Assembly (NCBI GenBank): GCA_963663765.2
Contig: CAXXUA010000005.1
Span: 1,568,001 to 1,632,000, forward strand
Direction: 5' to 3'
Source of the DNA: Candidatus Poribacteria bacterium
GTDB lineage: Bacteria; Poribacteria; WGA-4E; WGA-3G
Length of the DNA stretch: 64,000 nucleotides
Below are positions 1-9,904 of the stretch, piece after piece. The notes beneath the pieces are model-generated. The model worked only from the letters and a program-made list of their open reading frames with translations. It was not told the origin of the DNA and did not search any database. Each line of letters begins with the position of its first letter. The first letter of the stretch is position 1. Position numbers and translations under genes: made by a program.

Positions 1-2313
1 TATCCAGCCAGTATGTCCTGTAAGTGTTGTTTTGTGTTCTCCCGTTGATAAATGCCACAACTGCACTTCCATATCTGCCCCTGCAGTTGCAATCATCCTA
101 CCGTCTGGTGAAAAGGTAACTGCAGCAATATATTCTTTGTTTGCTTTTTCGATTGTTACACTGTTTTTTTGAGTGAGTGTGTCCCAAACTCGGACTTTGT
201 TGTCTCTACCTCCGGTAGCAATAGTGTTTCCATCTGGTGAATACGTTACGGACGTGGTTCCCCATGTATGATCTTTGAATTTGGCTATGTGTTTTCTGTT
301 ATTTACATCCCATAAATAGACAGAATCACCACTGCCAGCGACGATAGTCTCACCATCTGGTGAATACGCCAAAGAAGAGATCCTACCAGAATATCCTGCA
401 AATTTGGTAATACATTGTCTTGTGCGTACATCCCATAGTCGCACTGTACGATCTAAACTCATACTTGCAATCATATTGCTATCTGGTGAAAACGCTAAGA
501 AATTAACCCAGCTTGTATGCCCTTTAAATGTAGCAATGTATTTTCTGGTCTGAGTGTCCAACAAACTCAATGATTTATCACTACCACTGATAGCAAGCGT
601 ATTTCCATCTGGCGAATACCTCACGCAATGAATCGAGACCATCGTGTTACTTATCGGTGTGCATATCAGTATTGCATCGCGTATGTCCCACAACCATAAA
701 TTATAGTCAGTACCTTTTGTAGCCGTTGCGATTGAATTTCCATCAGGAGCAAACGCGACTGACATGACATGACTTGCTTCTTCAGTGGCAACTACGCCGT
801 GATCAAGATCAGTTTTGTGTTCACCTGTATGTGCATCTAACAATCGAACTGTAGTATCCATATCCATCGTACAAGCGATTGTGTTCCCATCCGGAGAAAA
901 CACAACTGATGTTACATAATTCTCTTTATCTATAGATATGGTTTTATGCTCTCCTGAGGTGATGTTCCAGAACTTCAACGTTCCGCCTCCATTAGTAGCA
1001 GCGATTCTACTACCGTCTGGAGAATACACTACTGAATAGGCAGCACCTTGTGTTTTAAGAGTGGTTTTATTTTGTCCTGTCCCAAGATCCCATAGTCGCA
1101 CTGTCCTATCCGCGCCGCCACTTACGAGTGTTGTGCCATCAGGAGAAAATGCTACAGAATACACTTCTTCCGTATGTCCTACAAGCAGGTCAAGTTCTTT
1201 TTCTTTCCCGGAACGCACATCGTAGATCCAAATACCTATATCACCCGCAACCGCAAGTCTGGTACCATCTTGAGAAAAAGCAATATTGCTGGTAGAATGC
1301 TTATACCCAGTGTTCGGAAAGTACGGTCGGACTATATTTCCTTTACCAAGCCGTGCTTTTGCTCCTTCAGGGACATTCCATTGTGTATAGTCTATTGAAT
1401 CTAATAAACCCTGATCTGATTCCTGACCAGTGCCATCCCCTTTGTCAAAAGTATTGGTACTATTTCCCTGCGGATTTCTTACATCACGTTTTGCATCAAC
1501 ATTCTGAACAATAGGCGAATCAATGAGTTCTACTGTCATCTCTGACTCCATGTCTAAACTATAGGGTTGTTGGAAACGAGCTAATTGTTGACTACCTAAA
1601 CCAAGAAGCATGACAATCAAAACAAGACCAGATGCAGCCAACATCCAAGGAAAGAGAGGATTACCACCAGAAGGTGCAACAGGATTTAAATTTTCAACTT
1701 TTTTCATGATGTTATCAGTTAAGTTCGCAGATATTTGAAAATTGCTGAGTGTTTCGAGAATCATCGGTTCTTCTTTTCTTAGACGTTGTCTGGCACGGCT
1801 AAGTCTACTCTTTATCGCACTTGGGGATACACCTAAAAAACGACTAATCTCTGAACAAGTCATGTCCCCGAAGTAGTGGAGTATGATCACAGTGCGTTCA
1901 CTCTCTTTGAGTTTTGCAAGCAGCTTTTGAACAACCTCGCGTTGCGCATCTACATTTGCTTTTGCTTGTTCTGCAGCAATATATTGAGAATAAGCGGTTT
2001 CTTCTATCATATCAGTACCCATTTCTTCCAGGGATTCAGCAACAATGCGTTTCTTGCGGAGATATGCAAGACATTGCCGCGTTGCAATAACATATAGCCA
2101 TCCAGAAAACTGATTAGGATTCCTCAAGGTTGGTAGTTTCTGATAGACTTTTAAAAAGGCATCCTGTGTAATTTCTTCAGCAATATGGAAATCTCCTATT
2201 TTCCGCCAAACAAGTGCGTGTACTTGCTTTTGGTACTTTCTTACCAAATCTGCAAAAGCAGAATCATTACCTGCAAGGATCCTATTTATCAGTTCAACAT
2301 CACTGTGATTCAT
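1..2313 (-). CDS. ECF sigma-70 factor fused to a TM helix and C-terminal WD40 repeats (3' end runs off window)
   Basis: Manual translation from ATG 2313 (absent from ORF track because no stop in window): MNHSDVELINRILAGNDSAFADLVRKYQKQV...AEEITQDAF...FSGWLYVIA (sigma2), EISRFLGVSPSAIKSRLSRAR (sigma4), hydrophobic WMLAASGLVLIVMLLGLG, then repeated GH..V.SVAFSPDG..VRLWD. Confidence 0.9.
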   Translation of the reverse strand, partial: MNHSDVELINRILAGNDSAFADLVRKYQKQVHALVWRKIGDFHIAEEITQDAFLKVYQKLPTLRNPNQFSGWLYVIATRQCLAYLRKKRIVAESLEEMGTDMIEETAYSQYIAAEQAKANVDAQREVVQKLLAKLKESERTVIILHYFGDMTCSEISRFLGVSPSAIKSRLSRARQRLRKEEPMILETLSNFQISANLTDNIMKKVENLNPVAPSGGNPLFPWMLAASGLVLIVMLLGLGSQQLARFQQPYSLDMESEMTVELIDSPIVQNVDAKRDVRNPQGNSTNTFDKGDGTGQESDQGLLDSIDYTQWNVPEGAKARLGKGNIVRPYFPNTGYKHSTSNIAFSQDGTRLAVAGDIGIWIYDVRSGKEKELDLLVGHTEEVYSVAFSPDGTTLVSGGADRTVRLWDLGTGQNKTTLKTQGAAYSVVYSPDGSRIAATNGGGTLKFWNITSGEHKTISIDKENYVTSVVFSPDGNTIACTMDMDTTVRLLDAHTGEHKTDLDHGVVATEEASHVMSVAFAPDGNSIATATKGTDYNLWLWDIRDAILICTPISNTMVSIHCVRYSPDGNTLAISGSDKSLSLLDTQTRKYIATFKGHTSWVNFLAFSPDSNMIASMSLDRTVRLWDVRTRQCITKFAGYSGRISSLAYSPDGETIVAGSGDSVYLWDVNNRKHIAKFKDHTWGTTSVTYSPDGNTIATGGRDNKVRVWDTLTQKNSVTIEKANKEYIAAVTFSPDGRMIATAGADMEVQLWHLSTGEHKTTLTGHTGWI

Positions 2314-2406
2314 CTGATACTCCGGTTTGAGATCAATTGTTGTTCTTTCTAACTATTAAGACGCGGAATAGAGGTAAAACGGTCGCAAAATTCTGCAGAG
2401 AGTATG

Positions 2407-2545
2407 TTATACCAATTCAAATAAATCTTGTCTCATTAAGGAATTCTACTGTTTACTGGCAGGGGGTTACTCTCTTCGGTAGGAGCGACCTCCCGGTCGC
2501 GATTTTCTCAAGAACAGCTAAAATGCCTAAAACTGAATAACCCTG
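2407..2545. mobile_element. Chimeric MITE/REP element
   Basis: 2407-2502 near-identical to 28918-29013; 2503-2545 matches the ..AAAACTGAATAACCCTG end seen near 42210-42252; the junction is the REP GTAGGAGCGACCTCCCGGTCGCGA. Confidence 0.7.
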
Positions 2546-2584
2546 ATAGTCAGTATTGTGAAATTGATTTGTATGATGGCAGAA

Positions 2585-5137
2585 TTAGAATTCAAACGTC
2601 AGTCCAAGATAGATTATTAGAGGAAATTGTGATAGCTCTTCAGATTCCCATTCATCAATTTCAATTTCTTCACCTTGAATTTCAAGTGTTGCTTCCTTAA
2701 AATAGAATCTTATCTTATTTTTTCTGTTGTAAACATTCAGAATATCAAGAAACCCACCTATCTTCATGCCTCGAACATTCCATTTACGACTGATTCTGAA
2801 ATCTAACTTGTGATATTGGGTTAACTCGGCATGTAATTCTTCGTCAGCACTTGCTATTAGCGGGTTCAACCCGCTTGTAACAGGATCTTGAATTAGGACG
2901 AGAGAACTAATCGGAACTTCAGACGTGCCATTTAGATATTGCCATTTTACACCTATCTCAAAATTTGACGTGAAGTTATAGTTTGCGACTATGCTAACAA
3001 TGTGTGTTTTATCAAAAAGGTACGGTAGATAACTTGCATCCGGATTCTCACGCCGTTCAGCATGCGTGTATGCATAAGATATCCAACCGAAGAATTTATT
3101 TGATATGCGGTGGCGTAGGAACGCTTCCACACCACCAACGTACGCTGCTCCTTGATTGAGATAGTTTGTAACCTCATTTTCTGTTGCTAATCTCTCTCCC
3201 TCAGAAGCAGCAAATTCCAACTCAGACGTTGTTGAAACCTTTTCTTTTGTTACCAAGTTCTGTTCGTCTTTGTAATATGTAGCAAACTTGAATTCCGTTT
3301 GAGAGGTAAGATCATGTTCTATCTCCATGATATAGTGGCGTGCAAGGCTGGATTTCAAATCTGGGTTTCCATTCTCAGATAGTATCTGATAAGGTTTCGG
3401 GCTCTGTTCATAATGTCCATACGCAAAACGGATATTGAAATCACTTGGAAGTTTGAAGTTTACACTGCCTCTCGGTTGCACTGATAGTTGTTCTGTCAAA
3501 TCGAGGTAATCAAATCGTGTGCCAAGTGCGATTGAAACAGAAGGTAACGGGTCATATCGTGCTTGTAGATAACCTTCGGTGCGGTAAAAATCGTGTCCAA
3601 ATTCGCTGTGTGTCTTGTCCAAATTTGTGACTTCGTAACGTCCTACTCTGGATCTTCTGGTTACTTCTACCTGTTCTCCACCTTCTGTAGTAATTGATGT
3701 TCTATAAGTCAGTGGAGCAATTGATTCATACTCATAAAAAATGCTGTCTTCAAAGCTATTGGCTGGACTAAACGACAAAAGGAAACCCTGTTCAAGCTGA
3801 AGCATGGGAGTCAACTTGTAAGAGATATCTTCGCGGAGTGTCCACACCGGAACCTTGACGTTTACTTCATAGCTATTGGTAAGGATTTCTTCAGCTACCA
3901 ATCTACCGTCCTCCAGTTTAAAATCACCGTCTTCTTGCTCATAATTCAGGACAAAGGAGTCTACAAAATTAATATTGAGAAAATTGAAGGTGCGAGTAAA
4001 TGAAAAATGAGATGTTAAATCTTCGGTATAGTTTGAATGGAGATGGATGCCTTGTCCGCTAAAACCGTTTTTAAAATAGAAAGTTCCACTTTCAAGGTGT
4101 GCGTCTTCAAGATGTCCGTTTATAGACATTTCTATGTCTCCTTCATTTATCTCAAAATGGTCTGTTGCAGCAAATGCATTGAGTGTTAGGCGATGTTTTT
4201 CTGTTATCGGATAAGCAAATTTGAACTGATAATCAGAAAAATATGGGAATTGCTGCTCTGATCCTGTTTCCCTTTCAATAATCGGTCCAAGGATGAGATC
4301 AAAATAACTTCTCCTCCCGGATACAGAGAGATACCCTTTTTCGCCTATCCGTCCTTCAAGCAAACCTTCAGAATAGAGTAGATTTAGGTTGAACTTCCCG
4401 TCTAATGGATCTTCAATTGTATCACGTGCGTGGATATCAAGTACTGCTTGTGAATCTAATCCGAATTCTGCGCCGTATCCACCTGCGTAAATATCTATTT
4501 TTTCAATAGTCTCTGAACTGATAGTTGATAGCAACCCACCCCAATGGAATGGATATCCGAGTTGTGTTCTGTCAAGATAATAAAGATTTGCACCGGGTTC
4601 ACTACCCCGAATATATAGGACGCCAAAGTAGTCATTTGGGATACCGATACTGGGGAGTGTGGTCAATCCCTTAAGGGCATCATTCATTACCCCGGGGATG
4701 CGGAGGAGTTCGCTGCCGCGAATTTCCTTTTTGCTTACCGTGGGTGGAACGCGCTCCCCTTCAACAACGACTGTTTCTAACTCAAATACTTCACCAAGAT
4801 ACATGTTCGCTTGTGTTGTATGTCCTGCGGTTACTTCAACTGAGGTTTTTGTAGGGGTAGTAAAAGAGGGATGCGTGATTGTGAGGGTGTATGTGCCATC
4901 TGGGACATCTGTGAACCAGACTTTTCCCTCTGCATCACTTTTTTGACGTTCGTCTGTTTCATGGATGTGGACTTCTGCGCCTGCAAGTGGTTTTCCCGTG
5001 GTTTTGTCATAGACAGTGCCTTCAATAGTACCTGTTTGTGCAAACACAGATGTTGGAAGTATAAGAACGAGAAAAAATAAGAAATAGGGGGTTTTCAATT
5101 TTATTTTTTTATCGAGGGATAGTAGGAGAATGTACAA
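2585..5137 (-). CDS. TonB-dependent receptor with N-terminal carboxypeptidase-regulatory-like domain
   Basis: Signal peptide, GTIEGTVYD..TGKPLAGAEV, plug YIRGSEPGANLYYLD..IEKIDIYAGGYGAEFG, C-terminal Phe. Confidence 0.9.
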   Translation of the reverse strand: MYILLLSLDKKIKLKTPYFLFFLVLILPTSVFAQTGTIEGTVYDKTTGKPLAGAEVHIHETDERQKSDAEGKVWFTDVPDGTYTLTITHPSFTTPTKTSVEVTAGHTTQANMYLGEVFELETVVVEGERVPPTVSKKEIRGSELLRIPGVMNDALKGLTTLPSIGIPNDYFGVLYIRGSEPGANLYYLDRTQLGYPFHWGGLLSTISSETIEKIDIYAGGYGAEFGLDSQAVLDIHARDTIEDPLDGKFNLNLLYSEGLLEGRIGEKGYLSVSGRRSYFDLILGPIIERETGSEQQFPYFSDYQFKFAYPITEKHRLTLNAFAATDHFEINEGDIEMSINGHLEDAHLESGTFYFKNGFSGQGIHLHSNYTEDLTSHFSFTRTFNFLNINFVDSFVLNYEQEDGDFKLEDGRLVAEEILTNSYEVNVKVPVWTLREDISYKLTPMLQLEQGFLLSFSPANSFEDSIFYEYESIAPLTYRTSITTEGGEQVEVTRRSRVGRYEVTNLDKTHSEFGHDFYRTEGYLQARYDPLPSVSIALGTRFDYLDLTEQLSVQPRGSVNFKLPSDFNIRFAYGHYEQSPKPYQILSENGNPDLKSSLARHYIMEIEHDLTSQTEFKFATYYKDEQNLVTKEKVSTTSELEFAASEGERLATENEVTNYLNQGAAYVGGVEAFLRHRISNKFFGWISYAYTHAERRENPDASYLPYLFDKTHIVSIVANYNFTSNFEIGVKWQYLNGTSEVPISSLVLIQDPVTSGLNPLIASADEELHAELTQYHKLDFRISRKWNVRGMKIGGFLDILNVYNRKNKIRFYFKEATLEIQGEEIEIDEWESEELSQFPLIIYLGLTFEF

Positions 5138-5252
5138 TTAATTCTACAACATTTTAACCCAAGTTTGCCAAACAAAATTCACAGAACACTAAGGGTGAAT
5201 TAAAAAGTATATGTCGTTCTTTCAATACCTTCGCCAATAATAGACATTCTGT

Positions 5253-5348
5253 CAGATTGTGCGGTCAGTTGTAGCACATTCTTCCAGATTGTGCGGTCAG
5301 TTGTAGCACATTCTTCCAGATTGTGCGGTCAGTTGTAGCACAATCTTC
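5253..5348. repeat. 3 x 32-bp tandem repeat of a GTAG-hairpin (REP-like)
   Basis: Unit CAGATTGTGCGGTCAGTTGTAGCACA(T/A)TCTTC; read across units it gives GTAG plus hairpin GCACA(A/T)TCT-TCC-AGATTGTGC. Confidence 0.85.
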
Positions 5349-5392
5349 ATGAAGATTAATTTATTTATTAGGTATCCATATATTTTCCCACG

Positions 5393-6010
5393 GTAGGCGT
5401 GCTTTGTAAGCGCGCCACCCACCTGCAGGCGTGCTTTGTAAGCGCACCATCCTCACCCCCCACCTGCAGACGTGCTTTGTAAGCGCGCCATCCTCACCCC
5501 CCACCTGCAGACGTGCTTTGTAAGCGCGCCATCCTCACCCCCCACCTGCAGACGTGCTTTGTAAGCGCGCCATCCTCACCCCCCACCTGCAGACGTGCTT
5601 TGTAAGCGCGCCATCCTCGCCCCCCACCTGCAGGCGTGCTTTGTAAGCGCGCCATCCTCACCCCCCACCTGCAGGCGTGCTTTGTAAGCGCGCCATCCTC
5701 GCCCCCCTCCTGCAGGCGTGCTTTGTAAGCGCACCCCTCTTATCCCTCTTGCAGGCGTGCTTTGTAAGCGCGCCATCCTCGCCCCCCACCTGCAGGCGTG
5801 CTTTGTAAGCGCGCCATCCTCACCCCCCACCTGCAGGCGTGCTTTGTAAGCGCGCCATCCTCACCCCCCACCTGCAGGCGTGCTTTGTAAGCGCACCCCT
5901 CTTATCCCTCTTGCAGGCGTGCTTTGTAAGCGCACCATCCTCGCCCCCCTCCTGCAGGCGTGCTTTGTAAGCGCACCCCCGATGGTAGACGTGCTTTGTA
6001 AGCGCACCCC
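5393..6010 (+). repeat. Tandem array of about 16 REP-like hairpins, about 41-bp period
   Basis: Core G(T/C)AG(G/A)CGTGCTTTGTAAGCGC(G/A)CC separated by near-identical C-rich linkers. Confidence 0.9.
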
Positions 6011-6150
6011 ATAAGCGTCAATTTAAGGATTTTCACCTCTTGTGGGAGGGGTTTTCAACCCCGATTTTACGCGCTTTTCCTCTCAAATCGGGGTTGAAAA
6101 CCCCTCCCACAAGAGAAACACCAACACTTTTTTCTTAAATTGACGCCTAT
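6011..6150. mobile_element. 140-bp MITE (ATAGGCGTCAATTTAAG ends) containing an inverted GTGGGAGGGG REP pair
   Basis: TIR ATAAGCGTCAATTTAAG / CTTAAATTGACGCCTAT; related copies at 6478 and 25772. Confidence 0.75.
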
Positions 6151-6328
6151 GGGGCGTGGAGACCACGCCCCTACGAATACCCAACTTGAACGTCAAAACT
6201 CATTAGGTTGTAGGTTCTGAACTTTTGGGTATATCTCCAGGAAGAACATTATCAATTGTATCATAACAGCTGCCTATGTCAATCAATACCAGATGCAGAT
6301 TAAGTTAGCGAGCTACTTTTCTCTATCC

Positions 6329-6681
6329 ATAGGCGTCAATTTAAGTAAGAAGTTCCCTATTCTTGTGTAAGTGAAACCTTGGATGTTCTAATTCCTTCAG
6401 ATGGCACCTTTATTGTAGGGGCGGGGTTTCCCCGCCCGATTGGAAGTTCGTTTACACGGCCGAGGAGACCTCGCCCCATAGGCGTCAATTTAAGAATTTA
6501 TTGTTGTCATTTTTCTTGTGGGAGGGGTTTTCAACCCCGATTTGAGCGGAAATGCACTAAAAAATCGGGGTTGAAAACCCCTCCCACAAGAGGTGAAAAT
6601 CCTTAAATTGACGCCTATGGGGCGAGGAGACCTCGCCCCTACGATGTGTGCGAGGATTAGCTGCCTTAAATTGACGCCTAT
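6329..6681. mobile_element. Nested MITE: outer 6329-6681, inner 6478-6618, same TIR family
   Basis: Two ATAGGCGTCAATTTAAG left ends and two CTTAAATTGACGCCTAT right ends; inner copy flanked by duplicated CGAGGAGACCTCGCCCC. Confidence 0.75.
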
Positions 6682-6687
6682 GGTGTA

Positions 6688-8124
6688 CTATTTTTCTCTA
6701 TCAGACACAAGCAGATCATAGGAATTGCTTTGCCAACCACCTTCCATCACAATATTATCTCTGGTATCACGTAGCCGTTTTACCATACGGTCTTTCATAC
6801 GACGAAGGACATGTTTATATCCAAGATGCGTAGCAAGATTATGTAGTTCATGTGGGTCGCTTTGCATGTCGTAGAGTTCATCCTGACTGTATGGATTATA
6901 TACGTATTTCCACTTATCAGTACGCACCATCCGAACAGTTGCAAGGGTTGCTTCATATCCATGAAATTCAGCAAAAACATCGTCGTACCAATCATCAACT
7001 TTTTCACCGTTGAGCAGTGGCACAATTGACCTGCCGTCAAGATTGTTAGGTACTGTTGCGTCACCGAATTCCAAAAAAGTAGGCATAAGATCAACGAGAT
7101 TTACAAACTCATTACAAGTTGCACCAGGTGAAGTAACACCTTGCCATCGGATAAGAAGCGGAATGTGGTGTGTTTCTTCATACATGTGAAAACCTTTGTT
7201 GAACAGCCGATGACTTCCGAGCATATCTCCGTGATCAGTAGAAAAGATGACAATCGTGTTCTCTGCTAAACCGTTCTCATCAAGTGTTTGTAAAATTCGT
7301 TGAATTTGGTGATCGATGAAGGTACAGAATCCCCAATATGCAGCGATAACTTTCTGCCAATCTTTCCATGTCAGATGACTGGAATTCCATCGCAGCATCT
7401 CTTTCTGTTGAATTAGCGGTTTGTTGATGAATTGCTCATCAAAATTACCCCAACGTTCAACAGTATCAGGATCGTATAGCGTATCATAGGGTTCAGGTAC
7501 AGCGTAAGGAAAGTGCGGTCCAAAGAAATTTGCCGCGATCATAAATGGTTTATCAGAACCAGAATATCCGTCAATTAATTCAATCGTTTTGTCTGCAGTC
7601 CACGCTTCCATTGTCCGTTCAGCAGGGAGAGGCAGTCTTCCATAAAATGGTGCATCTCCACCCCACTCAAATGGTTGGACAGCATCGCGGTCTATCCTAA
7701 AGTCAATCCCATCGTCGCGTAACCATTGGTGCCACTCATTATAGGGATGCCATTTGTCATAACCCCAAAACCCGGTGTCTCCCTGTTTTGCTAAATGCCA
7801 CTTACCAATTGAAGAAACGTTATATCCAGCAGCATTCAGCAGTTGTGGATATGCTGGCTTATTGAGTATCTGTTCCCCAAAAACACCATTGAAGTTACCC
7901 ATATTTGAAAGCTGCCCGTGGTTATGTGGGTAAAGTCCGGTAAGGAGTGAACCACGCGCTGGGGAACATAGGGCTATGGGAGTATAGGCTTTTGTAAAAC
8001 GCATTCCGGTCGCAGCGAGATTGTCTAATGCTGGCGTTTGGCAAACTGGTGCCCCATTGCAACCGAGTGAATCATATCGTTGCTGATCTGTCAGCAGAAA
8101 AAGTATATTTGGTGACTGTGCCAT
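6688..8124 (-). CDS. Sulfatase (Cys-type)
   Basis: PNILFLLTDQQR, CSPARGSLLTG (CxPxR), GKWHL, STDHGD. Confidence 0.95.
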   Translation of the reverse strand: MAQSPNILFLLTDQQRYDSLGCNGAPVCQTPALDNLAATGMRFTKAYTPIALCSPARGSLLTGLYPHNHGQLSNMGNFNGVFGEQILNKPAYPQLLNAAGYNVSSIGKWHLAKQGDTGFWGYDKWHPYNEWHQWLRDDGIDFRIDRDAVQPFEWGGDAPFYGRLPLPAERTMEAWTADKTIELIDGYSGSDKPFMIAANFFGPHFPYAVPEPYDTLYDPDTVERWGNFDEQFINKPLIQQKEMLRWNSSHLTWKDWQKVIAAYWGFCTFIDHQIQRILQTLDENGLAENTIVIFSTDHGDMLGSHRLFNKGFHMYEETHHIPLLIRWQGVTSPGATCNEFVNLVDLMPTFLEFGDATVPNNLDGRSIVPLLNGEKVDDWYDDVFAEFHGYEATLATVRMVRTDKWKYVYNPYSQDELYDMQSDPHELHNLATHLGYKHVLRRMKDRMVKRLRDTRDNIVMEGGWQSNSYDLLVSDREK

Positions 8125-8163
8125 AATTACTCCTTTTTAGTATATAGATTGATGTTCGGTATC

Positions 8164-8739
8164 TCATTTTCTAATGAATTGATTTTGTATATAATTCGCT
8201 ATGGATTCCCAGTACCTATCTTCATCGTCGATACGCAAAACATGCGTGTTCTTAGGTGAGTCATTTGCCCCTAAACCCTTCTCAATAATCTGTGTTGCTG
8301 TGTTCTGTTCAAGGTATTTTGCGATTGTGGATTCTAAACGTATAGGAGAACGAATTGCAATGATATTGATTATTTCTGCAGTTACTAAATCGAGCATATA
8401 ATCAATATTCCAGAATAGTTTTTTACTGCTTTTGGGTAGTGGGTTTTTTGGTCCTAATTCACAGGCTTGAAATTGGAAAATCATAACGTCTCTAATGAGG
8501 TGTGGTGGTTTATCCCCACTACGCGTTGCATGGCGAACAAGTCGTCGGGCAAGGGAAGTGGATCCCTTTTCCGATAGTGCTGAACCAACATAGGTGTAAT
8601 CTCCAGCGGGGAGTAAGATGAGCTTGCTTTTCCTAAAACGTCCAAATTGTAATTTGGCATCCTCAGAAAGCCGAACCCGTAATACATAAGTTCCTGCTTG
8701 CGATTCTTCACCCATGATATAAACTTCTTGAATTCTCAT
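8164..8739 (-). CDS. DUF123 / Uri-superfamily GIY-YIG nuclease
   Basis: GTYVL..YTYVGSA..LARRLVRH..WNIDYML. Confidence 0.75.
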   Translation of the reverse strand: MRIQEVYIMGEESQAGTYVLRVRLSEDAKLQFGRFRKSKLILLPAGDYTYVGSALSEKGSTSLARRLVRHATRSGDKPPHLIRDVMIFQFQACELGPKNPLPKSSKKLFWNIDYMLDLVTAEIINIIAIRSPIRLESTIAKYLEQNTATQIIEKGLGANDSPKNTHVLRIDDEDRYWESIANYIQNQFIRK

Positions 8740-8783
8740 CTGATTACCAACGATTCCTCATTTGATTCTGAGTTGTATAGGTA

Positions 8784-9042
8784 ACGAGTTGTGCTAAATA
8801 ACTATGTGTTAATCAGTGTTTCACATAAACATGACGTTTTGCAGGTGTACTTCATAGTTTGAAACGATCTTCAGTCCCGACAAATGCCATACGCGCATTT
8901 GGCGTTGATTTGGTAGGGACGATATGTTTATAGAAAAACGTCATAGTACATCATATTTAGTCCCGTAGGGACGATATGTGTGCATTATAAACCTAATATA
9001 TGTGATAACTTTGAAAACAATTGGTTAACTGGCACAAGTCGT
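8784..9042. mobile_element. IS982-derived MITE carrying REP-like cargo
   Basis: Ends ACGAGTTGTGCTAAAT / TAACTGGCACAAGTCGT match the TIRs of the IS at 35196-36356; 7-bp TSD ATAGGTA (8777-8783, 9043-9049). Confidence 0.85.
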
Positions 9043-9099
9043 ATAGGTAGTAGTATTGTACCTGACTTGCGCCTTTTCTACAAGTGGTACAATTTTTCG

Positions 9100-9800
9100 C
9101 AGGGTTATTCAGTTTTAAGAACCTATCGTTATACCAGTTAACTTTGGGTTAAGATTAGTGAATATATATAGGAATTTTTGTGGTATTCTTGTTTATTGTC
9201 TGAACCAGGATTCTCAGGATTAGTAGATTTTCAGGATTTACCTCATCAAGGGTTTTGATAACTGTTTTTGGTCTCTTTTGGAATAGGATTTGATGAAACA
9301 AATCTTGATAATCTACTAATCCTGAAAATCCTGGTTCAGACAAAGAATGAGTTAACTCCCAAAAATAAGAAAACTTAAAAATTACTATAGTTTGTACAAT
9401 TCTCAGTTTGTAGAAGTTGAGTATTCAATAGAACGTCTATTTTTCTACGAGTTTCGTATATGTTTCGTATATTATGAAACTGGAGAAAATACCGCACTCC
9501 AGCGGAGTGCTATGTTTATAGAAAACGGTATACCCACAATCTTGCACTCCATCGGAGTGCTATGTGTTGGAAATCACATACCGCTCCGCTGGAGCGGAGT
9601 TGTTAGTTGACAATGTGGCTATAAACATATTGCTCCGATGGACCACAGAGGGTTTGCGTTTTGTTCGTTGTGTATTGATTTGGTAACATAAGCAGTGAAT
9701 AAATTTCTTATCAACTCATGTTTGGAAATTGCCCAAACTATAATAAAATTTAACAACTGTGATAGAATTTACTCAATAAAATGAAAACTGAATAACCCTG
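9100..9800. mobile_element. CAGGGTTATTCAGTTTT-ended MITE-like shell with nested palindromic cassettes
   Basis: TIR at both ends; internal inverted repeat 9196-9343 and CACTCC(A/G)..GGAG hairpins about 9495-9645; no clear TSD. Confidence 0.65.
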
Positions 9801-9904
9801 GTCATTCGCAACATAATTTGCGCGAGATAAGTTTTTATGCTATTCTCTAAAGTAAGCAAGTCATTTGTAAAATGAGAATCTAATGATGAAGTAAAGGGTA
9901 AGCA

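Noticed and set aside
5576-5830. 84-aa repeat ORF
   Set aside because: Product of the tandem array with no coding features
5393-6010. CRISPR array
   Set aside because: Linkers are only about 15-17 bp and near-identical, the repeat recurs as dispersed REP-like hairpins elsewhere, and there are no cas genes
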